A stretch of 64,000 nt of DNA. It comes from Candidatus Eiseniibacteriota bacterium (GTDB lineage: Bacteria; Orphanbacterota; Orphanbacteria; Orphanbacterales; Orphanbacteraceae). The position numbers and the translations under genes are program-made. The DNA lies in assembly GCA_043809585.1 (NCBI GenBank), contig JBDROZ010000087.1, positions 1 through 64,000 of the forward strand, in the 5' to 3' direction. Shown here one piece after another: positions 51,446 through 60,373 of the stretch; position 1 is the first letter of the stretch, and every line of letters begins with the position of its first letter. Below the pieces are notes generated by a model that searched no databases, had not been told where the DNA came from, and was given only the letters and a program-made list of their open reading frames with translations.

Positions 51446-52264
51446 ATGTGGACAGTTGTTCACGGTGTAACGGCGGTTTTTGACGGTCTGATCGGCTTGT
51501 TCGACCGGTGGCACCCGATGGTCGGGCTCCTCGTGATCTCGATCATCACGGGCGCCATCATGCTGATCATCTTCCGTTACACGTCGAACCAGGCCGCCAT
51601 CGCCGACACGAAGAACAAGATCAAGGCGTACATTCTGGAGGTCCGCCTCTTCAAGGACGACCTGCCCGCCCAGATGGCCGCCCAGCGTCGGATCCTTTGG
51701 ACGAACTTCAAGTACATACGCTACGCCACGGCGCCCATGCTGGTCATGCTGATCCCGGTGCTCGTGATCCTGATCCAGCTCGACGTCCGTTACGCCCGCC
51801 GGCCCCTCCTGCCCGGCGAGGACACCATCCTCAAGGTGGAGATGGAGAAGGGGACGGACATCTCTTCGCTCCGGTTCGAGCCTCCCGCGGGAATCGTCAG
51901 CGACATGGAGCCGGTCCGGATTCCGGAGCGAAATCAGGTGACCTGGCGGCTCGAGGCCGAAGCGTCCGGCGCCCACGACCTGATCTTCACGAGCGGCGGC
52001 GAGGCCGTCACCAAGAGGCTCGAGGTGGGCGACTACCTCACCAAGCTCGCCGACGAGCGGAAGCACTCGAACGCCTTCGGCGTCTGGGAGAACCCCGCCG
52101 AGCCGCCCCTCCCGAAGGGCTCCGCCTTCCGGTCGATCGTGATCGAGTACCCCGACCGGGACCTCCGGATCTGGGGGTTCGGCATGCACTGGCTCCTCGT
52201 CTTCTTCGCCTCGTCCGTCATCTTCGGTTTCGCGATCAAAGGTTTCGTCGGGGTCGAAGTCTGA
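51446..52264 (+). CDS. Membrane protein, DUF106/EMC3/TMCO1 (Oxa1 superfamily)-like
   Basis: TM1, coiled coil (SNQAAIADTKNKIKA...MAAQRRI), P-containing TM2, soluble insert, terminal TM (HWLLVFF). Confidence 0.55.
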   Translation: MWTVVHGVTAVFDGLIGLFDRWHPMVGLLVISIITGAIMLIIFRYTSNQAAIADTKNKIKAYILEVRLFKDDLPAQMAAQRRILWTNFKYIRYATAPMLVMLIPVLVILIQLDVRYARRPLLPGEDTILKVEMEKGTDISSLRFEPPAGIVSDMEPVRIPERNQVTWRLEAEASGAHDLIFTSGGEAVTKRLEVGDYLTKLADERKHSNAFGVWENPAEPPLPKGSAFRSIVIEYPDRDLRIWGFGMHWLLVFFASSVIFGFAIKGFVGVEV

Positions 52265-52540
52265 CCCGGATTTCGGAGACGTTCCTACTGCGGCCGGCGC
52301 TCGCGGGCTGCAAGCCTTGTTCTCCTTCGTCGCCTCCTCGACGTAGCTAAGGCTACGCCTGCGTCGGCGGCTCGTCCGAGCAAGTCTTTCGCCACGCTCC
52401 GCTCGGCCTCGTGACGAAACCTCTCCGAAACCCGGGTCAGATTCGACCCGAGGAAGGGAACGCCGAACCGCGGGTCACACCGAAGAGGATCGGCCTCGCG
52501 ACGATATCTCTCCGAAAACCGGATCAGACTTCGACCCACG
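52251..52540. repeat. Compound inverted-repeat element overlapping the stop codon of the upstream gene
   Basis: gggtcgaagtctgacccggatttcggagacgtt (52251-52283) has inverted copies at about 52418-52449 and 52506-52537; central hairpin gtagc-taag-gctac. Confidence 0.7.
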
Positions 52541-52581
52541 GAACGGAACACCGAAGCGCTCAGAATGCTCTTCATCTCCCT

Positions 52582-52754
52582 GGCGGGGCGGGGGATCGGT
52601 TGAGGGAGGGATGAGTGGGGCAGATTGGGACGCTCGATCTACTACGGGAGAAAACCCTCCCATTCTCCGGACTCGTAAAGGGGGCGTCGCGAAGAACTCC
52701 GACAGCTCCCCGGTTATGCCCCCCATCCCTCCCGAAGCCGACACCTGTCCCGCC
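52582..52754 (+). repeat. About 170-bp MITE/REP-like element, copy 1
   Basis: Near-identical to 52817-52988 (period 234 bp); TIR ggcggggcgggggatcgg.tgagggaggg. Confidence 0.85.
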
Positions 52755-52816
52755 GATCCCGGTTTCGCCGGTTCCCTCTCAGAAGAGAACGCTGTAAGAC
52801 ACCTGCCTTGCTTTCT

Positions 52817-52988
52817 GCGGGGCGGGAGATCGGGTGAGGGAGGGATGAGTGGGGCAGATTGGGACGCTCGATCTACTACGGGAGAAAACCCTCCCATTCT
52901 CCGGACTCGTAAAGGGGGCGTCGCGAAGAACTTCAACAGCTCCCCGGTTATGCCCCCATCCCTCCCTCACCCGACCGCTCGCCCCGCC
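52817..52988 (+). repeat. About 170-bp MITE/REP-like element, copy 2
   Basis: gcggggcgggagatcgggtgagggaggg ... ccctccctcacccgaccgctcgccccgc terminal inverted repeats. Confidence 0.85.
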
Positions 52989-52996
52989 CCTCCTCG

Positions 52997-55357
52997 TCAC
53001 CTCACGATGACGATCTTCTTCGTGATCTCCCTCTCCACCGTCTTCACCCGCACGAAGTAGACCCCCGCCGCGGCGCGGCGGCCCGAGCGGTCCCGGCCGT
53101 CCCATGCGAGGGCGGCGATGCCGTTCGACGAGGTGAAGTCCGCGTCTTCCATCGACCGAATCTCCCGGCCCGCGACGTCGTAGACACGAAGCGAGACCGG
53201 ACCCGACGCGGGCGGGGCGAAGCGGATGGTGACGGCGCCCGCCGAGGGGTTCGGGTAGGGGGGGAGGGAGGCGACCGAATCGGCCGGCGCGATCGGCGTG
53301 AAAACGCCCGCGAGTTTCGCCGTCAACGCCGCCGAGAGACGGGCCGACTTCTCGAAGAAGGGGAAGTCGAAATTGCCGAGCGTGTCGTTCGACGTGTGCA
53401 GATCGTGGGTCGCGACCTCGAAGTCCTCGTTCACGAGAACCGCCGGGTAGCCGCTCGCCCAGAAAGGCGAGTGGTCGCTGTAGATCATCTCGGGGGCGAC
53501 GAGAAGGGAGCAGGCGAGGTCGGGCGTCGAGAGTTCCCGCACTCCGGGAATCTCGTCCAGGAGCCAGGAGGAAGGCTCGTCGGCGTAGACGATGAGGGGA
53601 CCGTCGGAGCGGCCGATCATGTCGATCTGGACGTCCGCCGCGATCGCCTCGCCCATCGACCCCCGTCCCGTCGCATAGGCGATCGATCCTTGAAGCCCCA
53701 GTTCTTCCCCCGAAAAGAGAAGGAAGCGAATCGTCTTCTCCGCGGGAGCGCCGGAGAGGAGCCGGGCCGTCTCCAGAACCGCCGCGACACCGCTGGCGTC
53801 GTCGTCCGCGCCGGGCGCGTCCGTATACGGGTCGTACATCGGCGGCTGGGCGTACGAGTCATAATGGGCCGACAGGATCACCACGCTGTCCGGATTGACC
53901 CGTCCCGGAATCTCGGCCCCCACGTTCCTCGACCGGTGGGCGACCTCCTCGGGAAGGGGGATTGACGACCAGGAGGCCCCGCCGTCGTCCGACGAAACGA
54001 AGAGCCCGTCCACGCCCCCCGCGACGACGCCGCCCCCCGAACGAATCGCGAGGAAGTCGATGTTCCGGGCGAGGAAGGGGAAAGAGGGGAAGAGAACTTC
54101 CTCCCACGAAAGAAGGGATTCGCCTCCCGTCTCCGCCCGGAAGACCCGGGTGAGTAGAATCGGGTCGTCCAGGCCGGCGATCCAGAGAGCGGAGTCGGGG
54201 GCGAAGGCGACCGTGTATCCCCGGGGGATCGGCGTCGACGCCTGGTTCCAGGCGTTCCCGTCCCAGAGGAGCGCCTTGTTGCCGCTCGAGAGGAGCGCCG
54301 CCCCGAGGGAGGGGCCCGCGAAGGCGATGTCGTAGATGGTCCCGGGCCCGCTGTTCCGGAGGACCCACCCTCCGGTGGGCGTCCAGTGCCAGATCTGCTG
54401 GCTCGCCCCGGCCGCCCACGCGTTCTCTTCGTCCACGTATACCGCATCGTTCAGGGGGCTCGATCCGACGGCCTGCTCGATCCACGTCCCGCCGCCGTCA
54501 TCGGTTCGGTAGACCGCGCCCGATTGAGACGCCGCGATGCCCCGGAGGGAATCGAGGAAATCGATCGCGCTTAGCCGCTTCACGCCGAGGGTGTCCGCCG
54601 CCTCCCACACTCCCCCTTCCTCCCGGAAGACCCGGCCCGAATCGCCGGCGGCGAAGCGGACCCAATTCCCCGCGGCCGCGACGTCGTAGAGCCGGACCGG
54701 GGCGAGGAACTCGGTCTCCCACGTCTGTCCGCCATCCTCCGTGACGAGCACGGCGCCCGTTTCGTCGTGGGAGAGGGCGATCCATCCTCGCGAGACGCCG
54801 GGGGAGAATTCGATTCCCCGGAGGTCCCACTCGGAGAGGGTGTACTCGTGATAGAACGGCTCGTACCCCATCGCCTCGAACCGCCCGAAGAGATAGACGG
54901 CGGCGCTCTCCTGCTCGGCGGTGTACTCGTAGCGGGTGCCGAAGGCGACGAGGTCCTCCACGGTGCGAACGAGGGAGTCGAGATTCGTTCCGGAGGCGAG
55001 CGACGCGGCGAGGGAGTCGGATGCGTCCGACGAGGAACGCTTCGCGACGTGCGGGACCGCCCGCACCGACTCGAGCCTCGCCCGGAGAACCTCACGGTCC
55101 GGGGGAACCGGAGGGACACGATGCTCATTTCGGTCGGGAAAGGAGGCCTCAACCGCCGCCCCTCCAGCAAGATGAGTATCGTGTCCCTCGATTTCGAATT
55201 GAGTATTGTGTCCCCCGAATTCCGCTTGAGTATTGTGTCCCCCGAATTCCGCGCCGAGGATCAGCGGGAGGAGCAGCGGGAGAAGAAGGCCCGGCCTATT
55301 CGACCGGGATTGGGAGGCCGTCCCCGAAGGCGATGGCGCGGTACGCTTTCTCCACAC
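52997..55357 (-). CDS. Secreted M28 Zn-aminopeptidase with inserted BNR/YCF48-like propeller and FlgD-Ig-type C-terminal domain
   Basis: SAHYDS, GADDDASG, FSGEELGL, DMIG, SDH; repeated [TS].DGG.[TS]W boxes; C-terminal PYPNP..RVYDVAGR..WDGRD..G...GVYF; start codon uncertain (GTG 55357). Confidence 0.85.
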   Translation of the reverse strand: MWRKRTAPSPSGTASQSRSNRPGLLLPLLLPLILGAEFGGHNTQAEFGGHNTQFEIEGHDTHLAGGAAVEASFPDRNEHRVPPVPPDREVLRARLESVRAVPHVAKRSSSDASDSLAASLASGTNLDSLVRTVEDLVAFGTRYEYTAEQESAAVYLFGRFEAMGYEPFYHEYTLSEWDLRGIEFSPGVSRGWIALSHDETGAVLVTEDGGQTWETEFLAPVRLYDVAAAGNWVRFAAGDSGRVFREEGGVWEAADTLGVKRLSAIDFLDSLRGIAASQSGAVYRTDDGGGTWIEQAVGSSPLNDAVYVDEENAWAAGASQQIWHWTPTGGWVLRNSGPGTIYDIAFAGPSLGAALLSSGNKALLWDGNAWNQASTPIPRGYTVAFAPDSALWIAGLDDPILLTRVFRAETGGESLLSWEEVLFPSFPFLARNIDFLAIRSGGGVVAGGVDGLFVSSDDGGASWSSIPLPEEVAHRSRNVGAEIPGRVNPDSVVILSAHYDSYAQPPMYDPYTDAPGADDDASGVAAVLETARLLSGAPAEKTIRFLLFSGEELGLQGSIAYATGRGSMGEAIAADVQIDMIGRSDGPLIVYADEPSSWLLDEIPGVRELSTPDLACSLLVAPEMIYSDHSPFWASGYPAVLVNEDFEVATHDLHTSNDTLGNFDFPFFEKSARLSAALTAKLAGVFTPIAPADSVASLPPYPNPSAGAVTIRFAPPASGPVSLRVYDVAGREIRSMEDADFTSSNGIAALAWDGRDRSGRRAAAGVYFVRVKTVEREITKKIVIVR
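55173..55249. repeat. Three 27-bp tandem REP-like units, in frame within the M28 gene
   Basis: tgagtattgtgtcccccgaattc at 55200 and 55227, degenerate copy at 55173; encodes EFGGHNTQA-EFGGHNTQF-EIEGHDTH. Confidence 0.85.
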
Positions 55358-56888
55358 GATCCCAGTTCTCCTCCCGGTCGAGTGCCCAGAAGCGGCCGGT
55401 GACGCTGCACACTCGGCCGAGGCCGAGTTCGCCGCACTTGTCGTCCACCTGCTGAATATAGGCGGCCCCCGCCTCGGGCCGCTCCCCCCGCCGCCCGAGG
55501 AGGCTGTGAACGTAGACCTTCTCGACGCCCCGCTCCTTCGCCGCATCGAGGAGCTCCAGGAGATGGTCGAGGGATCCGTGGGAGCTGAAGAAGGAGACGA
55601 TGCCGAGAAGGTGGAGGGCCTTGCCGTTCCTTGCCGCGTCGTCCATGGCCCAGAGAAACGCCTCGTTCTTCCGGTACGAGCCGTCCTTGATCGCACGGTC
55701 GATGCGGAGCCGGTCCGAGTAGATCGTGCGCCCGGCGCCGATGTGGAGGTGCCCCGCTTCGGAGTTCCCCACGGTCCCGGCGGGGAGCCCGACCGCCTCG
55801 CCGGAGGCGGCGATCAGCGTGTTCGGGCAGGTCGACCGGAGCCGGTCCATGTTCGGCGTGCTCGCCTCCGCGATCAAGTTCCCCTCCAAGTCGTCCGAGT
55901 GGCCCCATCCGTCGGTGATCACCAGGATCGCCCGGCGCTTCCCTTCGGGCAGCCCTTCGAGGAGAGAGCGGCCGGTCATCTCCGCCGGCTTCTCCACGCC
56001 GAGGAGGGCGAGGGCCGTGGGGGCCACGTCGGTCAGGGCGCCCCCTTCGCGCGCCCGGATCCCGTCCGCCTTTCCGTCCGGCGGCACGTAGACGAAAGGA
56101 ACCGGGCTGTCCGTGTGTCCCGTGTCGACGGTTCCTTCCGGATAGAACCACTTCTCCACCGTGCCGTGGTCGGCGGTGACGAGCACGTGCACTCCGTTCT
56201 TCGCGGCAGCCTCCACCACGCGGCCGAGGTTCCGGTCCACCGTCTCCACCGCCTTCTTCGCCGAGACTTCGTTCTCGATATGCCCGAGGACGTCGATGTT
56301 CGCGAAGTTCACCACCGTGAGGGCGACCCCCGGATCGCCGAGCACCTCGATCACCTTGTCCGCCACCTTGTCCGCCTCGAGCTCGGGGATCTTCGAGTAA
56401 TCCTCCACCACCGGCGACTCGATGAAGTGGAGCTCCTCGTTCGCGAACCGTTCCCGCCTCTTCCCGTTCAGGAAGTAGGAGAGGTGGATCGACTTCTCCG
56501 TCTCCACCACCTTCGCGAACCGGAGCCCGGCCCGGTCGACCGCCTCGGCCATGGTCCCCGACACCGCCTCCTGCGGGGGGAAGGCGACCTCCGCCTTCAG
56601 GTCTTCGTGATAGCGGATCATGGTGACGAAGCGGAGATCGAGAAACTCCCGCACCGGGAAGTGGGGGAAGTCCCGTTCCACGAAAGCCCGGCTGATCTCC
56701 ACCTCCCGCTCGCCCCGGATGTCGTAGAAGATCAGCGCGTCGCCCACCTCCGGCCGGCCGGCCGGCTTGCCGTCCCTGCCGACGAGTACGAGAGGGTTCA
56801 TCGCTTCGTCCTCTTCGCCCCGGTGGTACGCGTCCAAGACGGCCCGGGCCATGGGCGACCTGTACGCGGAGGTATTCTCGTCGTTCAT
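55296..56888 (-). CDS. gpmI: 2,3-bisphosphoglycerate-independent phosphoglycerate mutase, circularly permuted
   Basis: All iPGM motifs are present (DGWG, ASG.AVGLP.G.VGNSE.GH..IGAGR, GRFWALDRE..WDRV.KAY, ETEK, N.D.LGH, TADHG, T.HT, EMTG.SL), but the normal N-terminal half follows the normal C-terminal half. Confidence 0.9.
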   Translation of the reverse strand: MNDENTSAYRSPMARAVLDAYHRGEEDEAMNPLVLVGRDGKPAGRPEVGDALIFYDIRGEREVEISRAFVERDFPHFPVREFLDLRFVTMIRYHEDLKAEVAFPPQEAVSGTMAEAVDRAGLRFAKVVETEKSIHLSYFLNGKRRERFANEELHFIESPVVEDYSKIPELEADKVADKVIEVLGDPGVALTVVNFANIDVLGHIENEVSAKKAVETVDRNLGRVVEAAAKNGVHVLVTADHGTVEKWFYPEGTVDTGHTDSPVPFVYVPPDGKADGIRAREGGALTDVAPTALALLGVEKPAEMTGRSLLEGLPEGKRRAILVITDGWGHSDDLEGNLIAEASTPNMDRLRSTCPNTLIAASGEAVGLPAGTVGNSEAGHLHIGAGRTIYSDRLRIDRAIKDGSYRKNEAFLWAMDDAARNGKALHLLGIVSFFSSHGSLDHLLELLDAAKERGVEKVYVHSLLGRRGERPEAGAAYIQQVDDKCGELGLGRVCSVTGRFWALDREENWDRVEKAYRAIAFGDGLPIPVE

Positions 56889-57141
56889 CGTTTCTCCCGG
56901 TTCGCTCTCCCGGAGGAGGCGGCAGGCTCGGAGTGGTTTCTCGATTCCTCTTGAGTATATCAAGAGGGCAACGGGCGCGCCACCGGCCTAACTGGTTATT
57001 TTATTGATCATTAGGCGTCGGTGTCGGGTGACGGAGGAAGCGGTTCGGGGTGTGAGGGGCGTCGGGGCAGATCCGGCCCGCCCGATCCCGGGCGCCGGTG
57101 GTATACTGGGGCACCGAGAAGTTCCCGGAGGACGGAACGGG

Positions 57142-57696
57142 ATGGATTCGAATTTCTGGACGAACGAGACCGTTGCCCTCTACTCGGTGAACAACATTCT
57201 CGGGGCCCGCATCGGGGGTGTTCCGTTCGCCCTTCTTCTCGGTCTCCTTGTCCTCCTCCCCGCCCTGCTTTGGGGGGCACGCCGCCGCGGGAGCTTCTCC
57301 GCTTCCGCGCGATTCGCGGCTTCCCGTCTCTTCCTCCTCGCAGGGATCCTCTTCGCCCTCCGCAGCGGTCTCGATCAGGCTCGGAACGCCCGTCTCGACC
57401 TGCAGTACCTCTCGGGCGGACTCGACGAGAAGATCGCCGCCCTGAACCCGCCGGGCTACTACGCCCTCCTCCTGGAAACGAAAAAGAGGGCGGTCGGGGA
57501 GGAGGAGGTCGAACTCCGGGCCCCGAAGCCCTATCCGTGGGAGAAAGGGGCCTTCTATCTCTACCCTCACCGACTGAAGGAGGGCGCCTCCCTGGTCGTC
57601 TCCTACCGCACGCCGGCGCCGCCGGATTCGGCGGGTGCGGAGCTCCTCTTCCGGCGCGCAGGGTTCGGATCGATCTACCGGAGGACGACGAGATGA
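57142..57696 (+). CDS. Hypothetical membrane protein, paralog of the C-terminal half of 60370-61485
   Basis: YSVN.ILGA, NPPG, LRAPKPYPWEKGAFYLYP, SYR.PAPPDSA, LFRR.G.GS.Y shared with the paralog. Confidence 0.7.
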   Translation: MDSNFWTNETVALYSVNNILGARIGGVPFALLLGLLVLLPALLWGARRRGSFSASARFAASRLFLLAGILFALRSGLDQARNARLDLQYLSGGLDEKIAALNPPGYYALLLETKKRAVGEEEVELRAPKPYPWEKGAFYLYPHRLKEGASLVVSYRTPAPPDSAGAELLFRRAGFGSIYRRTTR

Positions 57697-59027
57697 CCTC
57701 CTACCGAATCCTGGGGGCGCTCCTCTTGCTCGCGGCAACGGGAGAAGGGTTCCTCGTGTTCCTCCGGGGAATGGGAACCGTCCGGGCCGTCGTCTCCCGG
57801 CTCCCTTCGGCGATCGGGGTCGGCATCGCCCTCGTCGGCACATGGTCTCTCCTTCTCGCCATGGCGGGAGTGAAGGCCACGGCCCTCCTCCTCGCTTTCC
57901 CCGGGATCCTCCTTCCTCTCGCGATGGTCATTCGGCGCGGGGGGAAGGGAGCCGTGCCCCCGGCCCATCCGCGAACGGAACGGAGCCGTTGGGCATTCCC
58001 CGTCTTCATCATCGTGGGGGCCCAGGTTCTTTTCGTGCTCCATTCCGCGCTCGTGCGGCCGACGTATGCGTGGGACGCGTGGACGGCATGGTCCTTTCGG
58101 GCGAAAGTCCTCTTTCTCGAAGGGGGCTTTCCCGGAGATTTTTTCCTTTCCCACTGGGCGGGATCGCCGGGGTATCCTCTCGGGATTCCTCTCGTCGAGG
58201 CTTTCCTGGCCCACTTCGTCGGGTTCTGGGATGGTCCGGCAATCAAGATCCTCTTCCCGATGATCTATGTTTGCACCCTCGCGATGACGGGGGAACTCCT
58301 CCTTCGAAGATCGGGGACACGGGGCGCCCTTCTCGGACTGCTGCTCGCGGCGCCGGCGCCCCTTCTGGTTCATCACGGAACCATCGCCTACATGGATCTT
58401 CCCGTGGCCTTCTTCTTCCTCGCCTCGACCGTCCACATCTCTCGCTGGGAACGGGAAGGGAGGGGGAACGAACTTCTCGTCGGCGGCCTCCTCGCCGGGT
58501 TCCTCCCGCAGATCAAGAACGAGGGCCTGTACCTCTACGGGCTTCTTTCGCTGGTGCTGCTCGTCACGGCATTCCGACGGAGAGCGTCGGTCCGGACCGC
58601 CCTTCTCTGGGCGGCCGCCTCCCTTCCGATCGCGCTCCCCTGGCTTCTCTTCAAGCTCGTCGCCCTCCCTCCGGAGTCGACGACCCAGAGCCTTCAGTGG
58701 CCCGGTTTCGAGGAAGGGGCCCGCCGCGCCGCGCTATTCGCCGAAAGCGTTGCGAGAAGCGCCTTCCTGACCGGGAACTGGGGGATCGCGTGGGTCCCCC
58801 TTCTCTTTCTTCTGCTTCCGGGACGGCGGGGTGCGCTCGGAATCCCCGGCCTCCTTCTCACGGGCGGGCTCCTTCTCTTCGGCGCCGTGTACGTCTTCAG
58901 CGAAAGTCATGTCTGGCTCCAAACCGGTACGACCATCTCCCGGAATCTGCTGATCTTGTTCCCGCTGGCCGTCGTCTGTGGGATCACGGCCCTCGGCTTC
59001 TCCGAAGACGCGCCGCCCGATCGGTAA
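57693..59027 (+). CDS. GT-C-like membrane glycosyltransferase
   Basis: WDAW..WSFRAKV.F, GYPLGIP, AYMDLP, KNEG; ATGA overlap. Confidence 0.8.
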   Translation: MTSYRILGALLLLAATGEGFLVFLRGMGTVRAVVSRLPSAIGVGIALVGTWSLLLAMAGVKATALLLAFPGILLPLAMVIRRGGKGAVPPAHPRTERSRWAFPVFIIVGAQVLFVLHSALVRPTYAWDAWTAWSFRAKVLFLEGGFPGDFFLSHWAGSPGYPLGIPLVEAFLAHFVGFWDGPAIKILFPMIYVCTLAMTGELLLRRSGTRGALLGLLLAAPAPLLVHHGTIAYMDLPVAFFFLASTVHISRWEREGRGNELLVGGLLAGFLPQIKNEGLYLYGLLSLVLLVTAFRRRASVRTALLWAAASLPIALPWLLFKLVALPPESTTQSLQWPGFEEGARRAALFAESVARSAFLTGNWGIAWVPLLFLLLPGRRGALGIPGLLLTGGLLLFGAVYVFSESHVWLQTGTTISRNLLILFPLAVVCGITALGFSEDAPPDR

Positions 59028-59044
59028 GAAGGCCGGGCCGGAGG

Positions 59045-60373
59045 CTAGGGGGCCCGTCTCTCATCGCCGAGGCGCATCATCCCCGAGACGATCGCGAGAG
59101 GAAGGAGCACGAGGAGGTTTCGCGACAGGGCGGTGCCGTTCACGAGGAACGTGTAGCTGTCGGTGAAGAGATACGCCCCCGCGAACAAGAATCCGCCGCC
59201 GAGGAGGAGGGCGAGGGGAAGACGAGGTACCGGTCTTCCGAGCCGGAGAGGGAGGAGCACCAGCGGGTACCATGCGATTCCCCAACTCCCCGTCAAGAAC
59301 GCGTTGATCAGGGCGAGACGGAGGAAACTCGAAAGCCGCCGGAGGATCTCACCCACCCCGAAGAAGCCGACGACGTGATAGGGCGATTCGGGCACTCCGC
59401 CGGTGTACTTGAACAGGAGCCACGGAAGACAGACGGGAAGGGAGATCGCGAACCACCGGACCAGGGCGGGGCGGAGATCCCTCCGCCTCCGGGAATCGAG
59501 CACGACCCATACGGTGCAGATAAGATAGAACGGAAATCCTTCGTTCTTGACGATCGGCATCATTCCCGCGGCGATCGCGGCGAGGAGGAGATCCCCCCGC
59601 CTTCCGCCCCGGTGATACGCCATGAGGAAGAATGCCGTCGCCATCAGGAAGAAGGCGAGAGGGAGATCCATGTAGGCGACCGTGCCGTGATGGACGGCGA
59701 AAGGCGAGGTCACGAAGAGGAGCACGCCGAGGCGGGCCACCGTGAACCCCGAGTGTTCGCGCAGGAAACGCCATACGAGCGCGGCGAGCCCGGTGAAGAA
59801 GAGGGGGAAGAGGATCTTCACCGCCGGTTCGTGCCAGTACCCGACGAAGTGGGCGAGATACGATTCCAACAGGGGAATCCCGAGCGGGTATCCGGGGAAG
59901 CCGGCCCAGTCGTGGGAGAAGAATTCGTCGGGGAATCCCTTCTCGAGAAAGATCACTTTCGCCCGGAACGACCAGATCCGCCAGGCGTCCCATCCGTGCA
60001 CCGGACGGATCAACGCGTGGCGAAAGACGTAAACAATCTGGGCGAGGACGACGATTCCCGTGACCGCGCCGAGGAAGTCCCGCACCGGGCGCCGGGGGAG
60101 CACGAGATAAGGACCTTCGCCCCCCCGATTCCGAAGGCGTCCGGCGATGTACAGGGCGACCGGCGCGGCGAGAAGGGGGGGAGAGGCGGGGACGCCGGCG
60201 CCGGCGAGCAGAAAGGACCATGTGGCGATGACGGCGGTTCCCGCGGTGAAGGCGGCGATCAATCGGTCGAGGGTCTGTCCCTCGAGGGAGCGAATCCTGA
60301 GCAGGAGGAGCAGCCCCTCGCCCGACGCGACGAGCAACAGGAGGGCGACGATGACCGAGAGGAAGGGAATCAC
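59045..60373 (-). CDS. GT-C-like membrane glycosyltransferase, paralog of 57693-59027
   Basis: WDAWRIWSFRAKVIF, GYPLGIP, AYMDLP, KNEG, GT..SRNLL; GTGA overlap with the upstream gene. Confidence 0.8.
   Translation of the reverse strand: MIPFLSVIVALLLLVASGEGLLLLLRIRSLEGQTLDRLIAAFTAGTAVIATWSFLLAGAGVPASPPLLAAPVALYIAGRLRNRGGEGPYLVLPRRPVRDFLGAVTGIVVLAQIVYVFRHALIRPVHGWDAWRIWSFRAKVIFLEKGFPDEFFSHDWAGFPGYPLGIPLLESYLAHFVGYWHEPAVKILFPLFFTGLAALVWRFLREHSGFTVARLGVLLFVTSPFAVHHGTVAYMDLPLAFFLMATAFFLMAYHRGGRRGDLLLAAIAAGMMPIVKNEGFPFYLICTVWVVLDSRRRRDLRPALVRWFAISLPVCLPWLLFKYTGGVPESPYHVVGFFGVGEILRRLSSFLRLALINAFLTGSWGIAWYPLVLLPLRLGRPVPRLPLALLLGGGFLFAGAYLFTDSYTFLVNGTALSRNLLVLLPLAIVSGMMRLGDERRAP

Noticed and set aside
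52475-53060. ORFs with duplicated peptides (52475-52936, 52611-53060)
   Set aside because: Translations of the tandem 170-bp DNA repeat, not credible proteins.
55173-55249. Possible mini CRISPR array
   Set aside because: The period is only 27 bp with about 4-bp spacers, it lies in frame within a CDS, and no cas genes are present.
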